DNA of 64,000 nt, from the NCBI RefSeq assembly GCF_009914755.1, contig NC_060930.1; one strand, written 5' to 3'. Each line of letters starts with the position of its first letter. Positions within the stretch are counted from its first letter, which is position 1. This DNA comes from the human T2T-CHM13v2.0 reference genome, Homo sapiens. Below are positions 29,590 through 41,292 of the stretch, one piece after another. The notes below the pieces were generated by a model. It was not told the DNA's origin and did not search any database. It saw only the letters and a list, made by a program, of their open reading frames with translations. The position numbers and the translations under genes are program-made.

Positions 29590-30060
29590 TATCAATCAAT
29601 TCCAACAGGAAATCAATGACATACTCAAACAATTTGAGGAGGAGTTTTTTTTTTTTTTTACAAAAAGGATTATTGACAAAACTATACTCAAGATATAAAG
29701 AAATCATGAAGATATAGCAAGCTGGGGCTAGTAAATGGGAGAAGCTTCAGCAGAGGGTCCTAAGACAGGAAAGGAGGGAGGACTTCCTGAAGCCCAGATG
29801 GAGAGAGTTGAATGGAGACCTTTTGTTAAGGTGTTAGCCCATGATTACTTCTCATGGCAAAAGCCAGTAAGAGAAATACATCGATCTCATTCTCCTCCCT
29901 CTTTCTCATGTCCTGCTTGGCTCTTTATTGTTCAACTCAAACAGAAGTCCGGGCCCATGGGAGTCTGCTAAATATATGGATAGCTCAGCCTTCTCCTACA
30001 GAAACATGGTAGAGAAAGGTGGAAAGTGGAGATGGGGGTGCAAATGGAAGGTAACCTGCA
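29590..30060 (-). mobile_element. Old ERVL LTR (LTR33-like)
   Basis: CAACAGGAAATCAATGACATACTCAAAC is the antisense of the LTR33-like 3' terminus. Confidence 0.45.
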
Positions 30061-30540
30061 CAGGAGTAAGCCTTAGACCACTGGAGTCTGGGGCTAAGTG
30101 TAAGGAAGAAGGAATTGAAGTATAATGCAGAAGCTGAAGATTAACACTGGGTATTTAAACCCCTTGCTTGGATAAATAGGGAAACGAATATAGACCGATG
30201 AGGTTTCAATACTATACACCTTATATTTGGGTTGTCTTTGAAGTATGGCCAGGCTGAGATTTTAGGTAGGCAATTAGTGGGCTGCAATGCGAACAGCTGG
30301 GAGAGACAGATGAAAGAAAACAGGTGCTGATCTTACCTGCATTAAACTTCACTAGGTTTGCTTTTCCGCATTGTCCCACTCTCAAAAAAGAAAAATCATT
30401 TGCTGCCTTTTTATATAGTTACAATAAATAGCCACTAACAGAAAATAAAAAAATCTTGATTAAGGAAGCTTTGGCTAGTCAGAAAGCAGGGGTTCAAAAC
30501 ACAATGTATCCCCTAAGCAACTTGCTTTTCTTTAGATAAA

Positions 30541-30990
30541 TGTATTTGTTATGGCTGCGGTAACAAATTACCACAACGTGGGTGGTTTAAAATAACAGAA
30601 ATGTATTGTCTCATAGTTACTGAGGCTAGAAGTCTAAAATCAAGGCATCAGCAAGGCCATACCCCTTCTGAAGGCTCTAGGGAAGAATTCTTTGTTGCTT
30701 CCTCCTAGCCCCCAGTGGTTGCTGGCAATCTCTTATCTCTTACACTTCTTGGCTGCATCGCTGCCTTGTAGTTCCTACCCTGTCATCTCTCTGTGTGTTT
30801 CTGTCTGTATCCAAATCTCTCCTTATAGCAGCACCAGTAATTGAATTTAAGAGGCATCCTAATCTAGTATGACATTATCTACACTTTCTTACATCTGCAA
30901 AGACCTTGTTTATAAACAAGGTCACATTTGCAGGTAGCAGGAATTAGTACTTAAACACATCTTTTTAAATTATACAGTTCAACCCATAAG
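30541..30990 (-). mobile_element. MLT1C-like MaLR LTR
   Basis: GCTGCGGTAACAAATTACCACAA...GAAGGCTCTAGGGAAGAAT...ACATCTGCAAAGACC...TTCAACCCATAA. Confidence 0.85.
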
Positions 30991-31834
30991 AATAAATGAT
31001 AATACAAATAATAAAGATCTCATTTTTATGTAGCATTTCACATAGTACTTTCATACACATTTTGCCCTTTTTCCAATCCCAACTTTTTCTCATCTTTTTA
31101 AATCACTCTGCTGAGAGGCAGGCAGGATAGGTATGACATACTGAAACAATGGTGAGTATAAAGGCATTGTGCTTACTTTCTGCAGCTCGGATTGTGATTT
31201 GACCCCCTTATGCCTTTACCCCTGAACCTACCGCTTCTTCTGCTTACTATATTGCTTATCCGTAAATTTATTCCTTTACAGGTTTAGAATGGCAGGGATA
31301 ACCTGCCCACTACTTTATGATACAAAGCACATTTCTTTTTTAATTGTGTATTTAACATTAAACATTTTATGGTACTGTTAGTTTAGTTATTGACTTGGTT
31401 TAAAATCATCCAAATAATGATAATTACGGTATCCATCTATACTCTTGACTGTTTCTCTGAATTTATACATCTATATACGGAAAGTAAGTGGAATTTAAAG
31501 ACAGTATAATCTTATAGGGATCTGTGGGCCCTTAAAACATTTTTAGTTTAGAATAATGCCTGGAGTAGTCAACATATAATGTCATAATGATCTTGAATTC
31601 AGGCTCCTTAGGCTGCATTTTGCATTCTAAAAATGAATGAGTTGGTTGAATGAGTGTATAAATACATTTCAATTATAGCCATATCTATGCTTTACATAAA
31701 AAATCAAACCTAGCTTTTACTGACTGATCTAGAATGTACTTACTCTTAAAGTACCATTGAGAAATACTTAGGTATAGCAAGATTTTGAAGCAAAAGAAAA
31801 CCTTTGAAGATATAATATTGATTAATGATTATTG

Positions 31835-32310
31835 ATATAACAGTCTTCCACTGCACGTAACAAAATACCCAGCTCAAACTGGCCTAAGTGATAACAGAAA
31901 TTATTGTCTTAGAGTAACTAACAATCTCCATAGATTAAAAAAAAGTTTTAGATGGGTTTTATTGGGGAGTTGGGTTTATTTCTCTGCCATTTCCTTCTCC
32001 GTGTGTTGGCTTTTTATCAGGGTTCTATACCCTTATTAAGCAAGGCTACTGAACCACATCTGACCTGCACAGCCGGGCTATCACCTTTCCAGCGTTCACA
32101 TCAAGGAGTCTGAGAGTCACACTGCTCGTAGGTGAGGTGGTCATGGACTCACCCTGAGCCTTTCTTCAGGCAGGAGGACTGAAATGTGCTGATGGCTCCA
32201 AAGAAACCAGGACCTACCCCTGGGTCAAAGGGGAAGGATATATACTTGAATGAAAATTAGAATAAGTTTTAAGAAGAGGGATGGCAGAATAATCAATAGA
32301 TGTCTACAAC
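31835..32310 (-). mobile_element. Old MLT1 (J/K/L-like) LTR
   Basis: TGCACGTAACA..ACCCAGCTCAAACTGGCCTAAG..AGAAATTATTG. Confidence 0.55.
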
Positions 32311-32423
32311 ATACACCCATCAACCTTTTCAATATTCTTTCCTGATCTATGTAGAGAGTTGATATCACCCCAGAAAAATATGCATGCACAATTAAAGTAT
32401 TGTACCTTACTTTCTTTGTCATC

Positions 32424-32675
32424 TTTTTTTTTTAATTCTGGTAAGAACACTTAACTTGAGATCTCTTCTATTAAATTATTAAATGCAAAATACAGTATAC
32501 ATAATTATACTCAGAATGTTATACAGCAGATCTCTAAAACTTATATGTCTTATATAACTGAAACTTTATACACATTGACCAGAAACCCCAATTTTCCTGT
32601 GCCCCTAGCCCCTGGAAACCACCATTCTATTTTTTATGAGTTTGACAATTTTAGTTACCACGCGTGAGCGAAATC
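32424..32675 (-). mobile_element. Old L1 (L1MA9/L1MB-like) 3' end with poly(A)
   Basis: T-run, GGTAAGAACACTTAAC, CAGCAGATCTCTA, CCCCTAGCCCCTGGAAACCACCATTCTA. Confidence 0.85.
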
Positions 32676-32816
32676 AACACTGTAAGTGGGAATATAAACT
32701 GGTGCAGGTGCTATGGAAAACATGGTGGTTCCTGGAAAAAAATAAAAACATAACTATCTTATGACCCATCAGTCTCACTTCTGGGTATATCTTAAAAGGA
32801 AATACAATCAAGATCT
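32676..32816 (+). mobile_element. Inverted 5' part of the same old L1, first piece
   Basis: ACACTGT..GTGGGAATATAAACTGGTGCAG..CTATGGAAAAC...ACTTCTGGGTATAT..AAAGGAAAT. Confidence 0.8.
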
Positions 32817-32915
32817 CAGGCAGCAATGCTCACTCACCTACTGCTTACCTCCTACTGTGTGGCTCATTTCCTAACAGGTCATGGACCAGTACTGGCCCAG
32901 GGGTGGGAACCCCTG
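32815..32915 (-). mobile_element. MER1B 5' half (inverted)
   Basis: Reverse complement of the MER1B start CAGGGG...TGTTAGGAA...CACAG...GAGCATT...CCTGAG; followed by GAATAAAG (rc CTTTATTC). Confidence 0.85.
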
Positions 32916-32980
32916 GAATAAAGAATCATAACTGAGATGTTGTTCAAGGCTAATCTAGAATCATATCTGTGCTTTTAGTT

Positions 32981-33199
32981 TCAGATCAATGGTGACATTA
33001 GATTCTCATAGGAGCAGGAACCCTATTGTGAACTGTATATGCAAGGGATCAAGGTTGCAAGCTCCTTATAAGAATCTAATGCCTGATGATCTGAGCTTGT
33101 TTCGTCTCGAAACCATCCTCCTCCCCTTCTTCCTGCTGGCCAAGGAAAAATTGCCTTCCGCGAAACCGGTCCCTGTTGTCAAAAAGTTTGGGATCGCTG
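32981..33199 (+). mobile_element. MER1B 3' half
   Basis: TCAGATCA..CATTAGATTCTCATAGGAGC...GAATCTAATGCCTGATGATCTG...AAACCGGTCCCTG...CGCTG; followed by CTTTATTC. Confidence 0.9.
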
Positions 33200-34061
33200 C
33201 TTTATTCAAGAGACCAACGCTGAATATCTGGTATGTCCCAGGTACTAGCTATGGTGAGCAGCAGGGACTGAGAGTAGAGGAACACTACACGGATAAATTC
33301 CACATAGTTCCTACCATGACAGAAACTCATAGTCTTGAGTATTCTTCTGACCAGCAATGGAATTTTAATATAGCAGCTAACTCATAAAGATACAGTGAAA
33401 ATTAAATGACTTCATATCTGTAAAGTTCTTGTCATAATGCCTACAACTATGTTTAATATTTAAACTGTGATAGTGACCAGGGGATAGGTTTAGGCCAAAA
33501 AACTAAAGTTATGAAAGCTATCTATCATATAAATACAAACTTTGTGGGAAAAAATTCAGTATTATTGGCATTCATTTAGAGGGTATTAACAAATCACTTG
33601 CCCTATCGTAGTGACCTAGGTGGTCCAGAAGCTGGTAGGAATCAGTCCTTGGAGTTTAGGAGTTTATTGTCCTTTCAGAGTTTCATGTGAAAACTTGAAA
33701 CAGCATCTTAACCTGTTTGATTCCCTCCCTCTATCCGCTTCCCATTTATCCCCCAAGTTAGCTGTAGTTTAGAACTTTAAATGGTAAGGATGGATTTTTG
33801 TAAAGGCCACTCATACTTATTTTTTAGTGGTACTACCAACAATCTATTTACTCATCCTTTTAAGCTTTTCAGTGTGATACCTTAATGGGAACTTTTACTT
33901 AAAAAGCAGGGTTCGATTAATCATTTCACTTTGTTGCTATATGCTTACTTTTACATATATGTATTAAAATAGAACATATCTAATGAGTGGTAAAATCTTT
34001 ATGTAGAATGTTTTTGTCTCAGTGTATCTTAATATAAACTACAATAGAATTTAAAAAACAA

Positions 34062-34333
34062 ATCTGGAAGAAGTATCTGCACTCCAATGTTAATTGCAAA
34101 ATTATGCTCAACAGCAGATGGGAACAACCTGAGTGTTCATCAATGGATGAATGGATGAAGAAAATGTGGTTTATATATATGATGAAGCATTATTTTACCT
34201 TAATAAGGAAGGAAATCTTGCCATATGTGACAACATGGGTGAACCTGGAGGACTATATGCTAAGTGAGATAAGCCAGTCACAGGACAAATATTGCATGAT
34301 TCCACTTACATGGGGCATCTAAAATAGTCAAAT
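34062..34333 (+). mobile_element. Inverted 5' part of the old L1, second piece
   Basis: ATCT..AAG..TATCTGCACTCC.ATGTT continues the L1 consensus from 32816; ORF 34104-34322 is the ORF2 C-terminus/3'UTR. Confidence 0.85.
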
Positions 34334-35491
34334 CTATCTATTTTTATTTATCCTTATCAATAAGTTCATATGTCTTTAAATAAAATATCTGGCCAATAAG
34401 AGCAAAGTCTCATTTTTCAACTGAAAGTGAAAAAAATCTAAGGATCATAGTTTTTAATTTCTTAAAGATGTAGGTGAATTTCTTGTATATTTTTGCTTAA
34501 TTTCTAGGCATATGCTAGAAGTGAAATGTAATTTAGAGGACTATATTTCTTTCCAATTGCTCATTTGCTTGTTGAATAAATATTTTTGTTAAATATCACA
34601 ATCGTATTACTTTGGGGAATGTTACTTATAATAGTAATACTTAAATTGCAAGATGTAATGTTATAATCTTTTTATCATCACCAAAGATCTTTATTAACAT
34701 TTTAAATCTAAAGCTCTAAAATTAACAATTTAAAGTTACATAGATAGAAAATCATTTTATTCATATGTTAAGGTTAACCCTATACTAAAATATTATAATC
34801 ATTTTTATAATGAGGGCATTTACTCTGTGAAACAATTAGGGTAATGTATACAACATAAATGTAAAGATATTGAAGATAATGAGATATGTCTCATAGGACA
34901 TATGTTTTACAAATCTTAGTCAATTATTTAGTGTAAAAGACTTTCATCCTAAATTAAAATGAAGATAATACCTCACTAAAATGCATGTAATAATTTATTC
35001 TATTATCTCAATTCATGTCTTGATCATATTTGTTTAGATGGATAAAACCACTTAAGAAAAAATGGTAAAATATCTGGTGGATATACAAATCACATAATCA
35101 TGAGTTAATAAGAACTCATGTTGGATTTCAAGAGTTTTTTTTCTAAAACTAGTAGACTAAAGAAGGTAATCTTTGCAAGGTTGTTAGAAATACCCATCAC
35201 AAAAATACTGCATATAAGTTACTGAGGGCTTTTTGATGTTTTACACTGAATCTTTAAGGTTTCTTTCCTTGCCATATGTAAAGAAACAAATTTAGAGCAT
35301 ATTTTGCATTTATGTTTTCTTGTTATAAATTTATTCCTGAATAAGTATCTTCTCTTTAGGCTTTAATAATATCTGATTCCTTGGGTATGTATACTGGCAT
35401 AAATGTAACTCACTCAATATTTCTATGCCTCTATTTGATATTATTAATTTACATTGATTTATTCAATAAATAAATAGTTATTTAATATCTC

Positions 35492-35990
35492 CTGTCCTAA
35501 CCTAGGTTCTCCAGAAAGCAAAGCCTCAGACAAAAGCTAGTGTGCTTCTATCCCTTTCAGGAAGTTTAATCCCAGGGAGCAGAAGTGAGGGAAGATAGTA
35601 GTAAAGAAGGAAAGGAGAGAAAACCAACGCAGGGATGCATAATCTGGCTACCGCTGAGTGTCAAGGATAAATTATTGCTTCATTTTGCCCAACTGCTTCG
35701 TGAGAGCGTACGTAAATTATTACTTCTCCAGATAGTCTGATAAGGGGAGGTAATTCATTCACTGGCTTCTGTCTCTTTGTGGTGAGACTGTTAGTTTCCC
35801 TACATTTCTGAATTGCACATGCCAGGGCATAAAGAACACTGGGGCATCTCACCAGATCAGCTTCAGTGGGGAAGCCCAGGGAATAGTAGGTAAGACCAGC
35901 ACAGGATGGGCATGAGGTAAGGCATTGTCCGGTCATGCCCTGTGAAGTTTGTCATGCAATCTCGGTCACCCCAACGGCAACTGTGGCTAG
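35492..35990 (-). mobile_element. ERVL LTR (LTR16-like) inserted in L2
   Basis: TGTCCTAACCTAGGTTCTCCAGAAAGCAAAGCCTCAGACAAA...AATCCCAGGGAGCAG. Confidence 0.55.
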
Positions 35991-36049
35991 AATAAGAGCC
36001 AATATCCCTAGAGACCTTATCTCCAGATGACCTAAAACTAAGAGGACCT

Positions 36050-36605
36050 AAAATGGGGTATATATCAGGAACAAAACAGACAGATATTCTTGCTTTTTTG
36101 GAGGTTGCATTCTGGCAGAGGGATAAGACAATAAAGAAAAACATAATGAATAACTTATATCCCATAGTAGAAGATAAGTGCTATGGGAACAATTGAGCAG
36201 GTAAGAGAGGATAAGGAATGTTTGGGTGGTGGGATTCAATTTTAAACATGATGGTAAGGGTTGGCCTCACTGAGAAGGTGACATTAGAGTAAAGGCAGAT
36301 GGCACACAGTCCCTTGTTGCTGGCAAATCAGTAGGAAGCAAGTGTGGCAGGGTCCATATGGTCCAGTGGGGATGGGAGGAATGGAATCAGAAAGGGAAGA
36401 CCAGGTAAGTCAGGGGCTTAGAGGACTGTGCAAATATTTCATTTTTTACTCTGAATCAAAGGAGAACCCCAGCAGGGCTTAGAGCCAAAAAGCATTATAC
36501 AAATTATATATATTGGATTTTGGCTTCTCTCTGGAGAAGACACAAGAAGAAGTAACAGGTGGGAGCAGAAAGGCCAGAAAAAAGGCAATTCGAGTATTCC
36601 AACTA
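36050..36605 (-). mobile_element. L2 fragment
   Basis: GATAAGTGCTATGGG...GGCCTCACTGAGAAGGTGACATT...TTTTACTCTGA. Confidence 0.7.
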
Positions 36606-36711
36606 ATTTCGAATAGTTTTATGATTCTTTAAGATAAAAAAAATTTGATTGTAAACTTTTTGATATCAAGACACCATTTGCATAGCAGAATAAATTTTAA
36701 CATATCACGAT

Positions 36712-36748
36712 TGTGTGTGTGTGTGTGTGTGTGTGTGTTTGTGTATGT
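36712..36748. repeat. (TG)n microsatellite
   Basis: Seen directly. Confidence 0.9.
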
Positions 36749-38094
36749 ACCAAATACGCGTGAAGTTTCTTTTGAAATTTGGAATCTGATTCAGTCATTT
36801 TTATTTTGGAGAAACATGAAAAAAATCCTTTTTCATTCAAATTTTTGAAATGTGGATTTTACCATGGAAAAAAAACTTCTAAATTCTCTAGCTGAGGATG
36901 TCGGTGCCTTTAAATATGATGCTAATTTTTCTTAAGGAAATATCTCTCAAAGTCAATTTGTTTCTGATAACTAATTTGTTGTTCAGTTTTTGAAGTGCTT
37001 TCAAATTGTTTGAGGTTCTCTGTTATGTCTTCATATATAAAGAAATTTAAACTTTAAGGACCGTTATTGAAAAAGATTAAATAAATGACCTTAGGCTTTT
37101 AGTCTAGTTTCCATTTGACTTTATGACAAAGTTGAGTTTAAAATAAAATTTCTCAAAATCTGATATTAAAAGATGTAATATTATTTTGAAAATTCTCCCT
37201 CCTTTATTATTTGTTGTTGTTGCTATCAATGATATTTTAATTGAAAACATAAGTTATGAAGAATGGATTTTACAAATAATTTACTATAAATTATTCATAA
37301 TTTACATCATTTGGTAATTTTATCCCTGGAAGTAAAGCAAAACTTTATATTTTGTTCATAATTATCAAAGTTACTCTATAACAACTATAATTAATACATA
37401 TATGACAGTTAATAGAAATTATTGACTTCCTGAAAACATCCATTTTTTTCTCCTTTTTCTCCTTATTTTCTTTCTGTGTTTTTTATTTTCTATTCATTTT
37501 CAGAAAGCAAGTTAATTTCTTTTAAATGAGACAATTTCACACACTGTATATATATATATATTTTATTAGGTGATTTTCACCATATCTTGTACTATTTGAT
37601 TTCCTTTCTTCAGTCTTCCTCTGTAAACTATTGTAAAGCTAATCAGTGTTAATAGATTATATTTTAAATTATTCTTCTAATTAGTTCTCCCTTTTTGAAA
37701 TGTCATTAATCCCTTGAATTAATTAATTTCATATGAATATGCATGACATATTTTTCTAGGAAGTCCGTTTAATTTAGTTTGGTGATTGCATTGCTAATCA
37801 CCTAGATAATTTTTGGTTATCCTCATCAAATAATGTTTACTGAGGCTTATGTTTATGAAATACTGCTATGAGAGGTGCTGTAAGAGCCCTGTGTGGCTTC
37901 ATCTACCATGATTCACACTTGTTATGTCTATTTAATTTTCCATACTTTGTTTTTTTTCTCTCGGGCATAACTTGATTTCTCTGATACTTTAGATGCAATT
38001 AAAGAGTCTTTAGTGGTCAGAAGTTCCACTTCATAATTTCAGTGATTGTCTATGTTTTATCTGTCCAGAAGGTTTTCCCCTTTTGGGGGCGACA

Positions 38095-38660
38095 TTAAAC
38101 TCTCACATCTTTAGGGGACTACTCAGTTCTCCTTTTAGCATATTCCATTTACTCCAACCCTTGGTCCAATATGGCTGTTATTTGGCTGGTTAATTGAAGT
38201 AGCAGAATCATTGGCCAATGGCAGTAAGCATGTGACTCAAACCTAGCCAATCAGTATTCTTCCCTAGGTTTGTTTTTTTCTTCCTTGGAATAAAAACCAG
38301 TGCTATGAAAGAAGCGATACAGGTTATTAGTTTTCCATCTGTTAAATTTTTCTGAGTTATTCTGGTGTGAATGTGGATGTATGTTTTACTAGAAAGCCCA
38401 TCTAATTTAGTTTTCCAGTTGCATTGCTATCTACCTAGATAAAAGAAGTGAACTGGAAAATAAAAACAAAATTAGGGATCTTCAATAAAAAGGCATTTTG
38501 ATGATATTTGCAGCTCTGGAGCTAATCATCTTTGAATTTAACTGTACCAGGCCCTTTCCTTGGTTTAGTTATATGAAGACAACAGAGTCCTTGTATTATC
38601 TAAATTGCTCTGACTCTGTAATTTTCTACATGAGTGGAATTAGTTTGGGTTGCTTAAATA
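38095..38660 (+). mobile_element. Old MLT1 (K/L-like) LTR, fragmented
   Basis: GCATGTGACTCAAACCTAGCCAATCAG motif. Confidence 0.45.
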
Positions 38661-40639
38661 CATGGTGATCAATCATTACATAGCAAATCACATCAATGAG
38701 TTTACATATATCATGGCTAAAGCCTACATGCTTAACTCTACAGATGGAAAAGCGGGGGATGATAGACTTTAGCACTGTGCCTGAGCATCATCTCCTTACT
38801 CTTAGTAGGAATCAGAGAGATGTGACCTTTGGCCCATAATACACTATGAATTCACTTTCCTCCTCTGAAGGAGGAAATTGACATGACAAACAAAGGATTT
38901 TTTAGCATTGCCAGGAGGATATTTAAAAAGCACTTTAAACGCAGTGAAATAAAAGCACCAATAATAAAAAAGTCATATAAATAATATATAATCCCTTACT
39001 CCTGACACTGGTAGTTATTTGCTCATATTCTTACAATAATATTAAATCACTATTACCAGGAGACCTAAATTTATAAACCAAGTTTGGCCTCCAAGCAAGT
39101 CCACAATTGCCTCTGTAGGCAAGAATGTTGGCTTTTTTTTCTTACTTTTCTGCTTGCCTTGTAATTTGAAATTGTACTCATAGTGTGGCAATAAACTTGT
39201 AATAGTCAGCTTTTAGAATTACTAGACATCTCCTTGGCATGAAAAAGCAATCCAAAGCCTCCGGAACACTATATTGATTCATTTTAAAACCAACCCAATA
39301 ATTTTTCTAGTGCAAGAATGGAATGCATATTATTTTATTTAAAAACTAAAGAATGTATGTCCAAATAGTTTCAGATAATACTTGAGAGCTAGTTCCTTTG
39401 GGTACAGTTTCTACTTTTTCAATTGTTTTGGAGTAGCAAATATAAGAATAGAAGATAAAGTACTTGCAGGCTTCTTCAATAAGACATCCCTTATTGCTAT
39501 AAAACTACCTTGGGCTAATTCCACACTAAAACTGACAGAGCATGAGACTCAAGAAATTAAGTTTTTAAAAAAGACCTAAAATGCCAATTTTAAATCACAG
39601 TATAAACCACCAAAGTAACTTTCAGAGTTTTTGAAATAAGTAAAATATCAACTGTGTGATGAAACTTAAGATATAAAACCGTGAGCTTATTACTTCTCAT
39701 GAAATTCCAGATTGATATTCACACGGCTTCAATATTACATGTAATCAAGCACAGTAAGAGGCCTGGCACTTAGTAGGTATTCCAAAAATGTTGAATTAAT
39801 GACTAATCAAATGAAAGAAAAGACACATTTCAGAGTTTATAAAATATCCTTGGTGCCAAGTGAATTGTTATAAAATCTTAAATTCTATTCTTTCAGGGTG
39901 CTAATTGTTATTAGTGACCCATTTCTTATTCCTATACACTTCATTTACACTTTGGCTTGTGTTTCAGACAGAAATTGGTACTGAACTTAGGAGCTGATTC
40001 TTAAGGCATTAAGAACAGATGAAAATAAAGTCTATATGAGAGCTAGGATTTTTGTCTACTTTGCACATTACAGACAGTGAATTAAGCATATTCAAAGAGG
40101 GAGCTCAAGGTATAATTGATAAATATATGAATGAAGTGGAAAGTGGAGAGAGGAAAATCATTTTCCAAATTGTATACAGATAACACATTAGGAAGACGTT
40201 ATCAGATCTGAGGTTTGAGATAAAACAAAATGAATGAATAAAAGTATTGGATAAAGTACTGGGGAGAAATGAAATGGGTTTGGATAGATCTAAAGCAGTT
40301 CAAGGTTTTTCTATTAATAACACTTTTGATATATTAAAATACTGAGAATACTATCAGTTGGAAAACATAACTGGATTAATATTTTTCCTTGTCAACAACA
40401 AACTGGCACATTTAAATTCCCACTCCCTTTCCCCAAAAGACAAGATATCCCAGAGTTTAAAATAAAGTTTTATACTTTGCAGGCAACTTGTCAAGAATGC
40501 TTGTGTTTCATACATGTGTAATCCTCCATTGTATTAAACACCTAAAGCCAAAGTTATTACTTTATTCACAAATGGTCATAGTTCTAACACCTACTACCGA
40601 CCAAAAATAGGTCAATAAATTAGGTTTAAACCTCATTTT

Positions 40640-40886
40640 CTTTTTTTGACTTTTATTTAGGCTTGTGGATGTGCAGGTTTGTTACATGGGTAAACTGCAT
40701 ATCACTGAGGTTTGGGGTATGAATGATCTCAACACCTCAGTAGTGAGCATACTACCCAATAGGAAGTTTTTCAACCCATACCCCCTCCCATTCTCTTCCC
40801 TTTGGTAGGCCCCAGGGTCTGTTGTTGCCATCTTTATGTCTATGTTTACCCAGTGTTTAGCTCTGGCTTATCAATGAGAACATGCA
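40640..40886 (-). mobile_element. L1PA13-16-like 3' end
   Basis: GTGCAGGTTTGTTACATGGGTAAACTGC...GTAGTGAGCATA; TSD AAACCTCAT(T/C)TT at 40628-40639 and 40888-40899. Confidence 0.88.
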
Positions 40887-41012
40887 CAAACCTCATCTTA
40901 ATAAGTGAACTCTACAAGTATTTACTGCAAATGTAACATTGAGTTGGGTATTACAGGTATCAGAAAAGATTCCAAAAAAAGATCTTTGTCCTAATGGGCT
41001 ATGTAATCTTTT

Positions 41013-41292
41013 GCTTTTATTTCAAGATTTATTTTAGATTTGAGGATACATATGCAGGTTTGTCACATTGGCATATTGAGTGATGCTGAGGTTTGGGGTG
41101 CAACTGATCCCATTGCCCAGGTAGAGAGCACAGTACCTGATAGTTTTTCAGCCCTTGCCCCACTCTGCCTCTCCACTTATGGAGTCCCCAGTGTCTATTG
41201 TTTCCACCTTCGTGTCCATGTGTACCCAATGTTTAGCTACTACTTGAAAGTGAGAACATGCTGTATTTGGTTTTCTGCTCCTGCTTTAGAAA
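41013..41292 (-). mobile_element. L1PA16/17-like 3' end
   Basis: GATGCTGAGGTTTGGGG...GTCCCCAGTGTCTATTGTT; TSD CTAT(G/A)TAATCTTTT at 40999-41012 and 41293-41306. Confidence 0.88.

Larger units (their letters stand above)
32815..34062 (+). pseudogene. Putative retrocopy / orphan transduction of a non-coding or 3'UTR RNA with 5' inversion
   Basis: Splits an otherwise contiguous L1; inverted 5' block 32815-32980; PAS variant (AATATAAA, 34031-34038) then a short A-run at 34053-34062. Confidence 0.6.
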
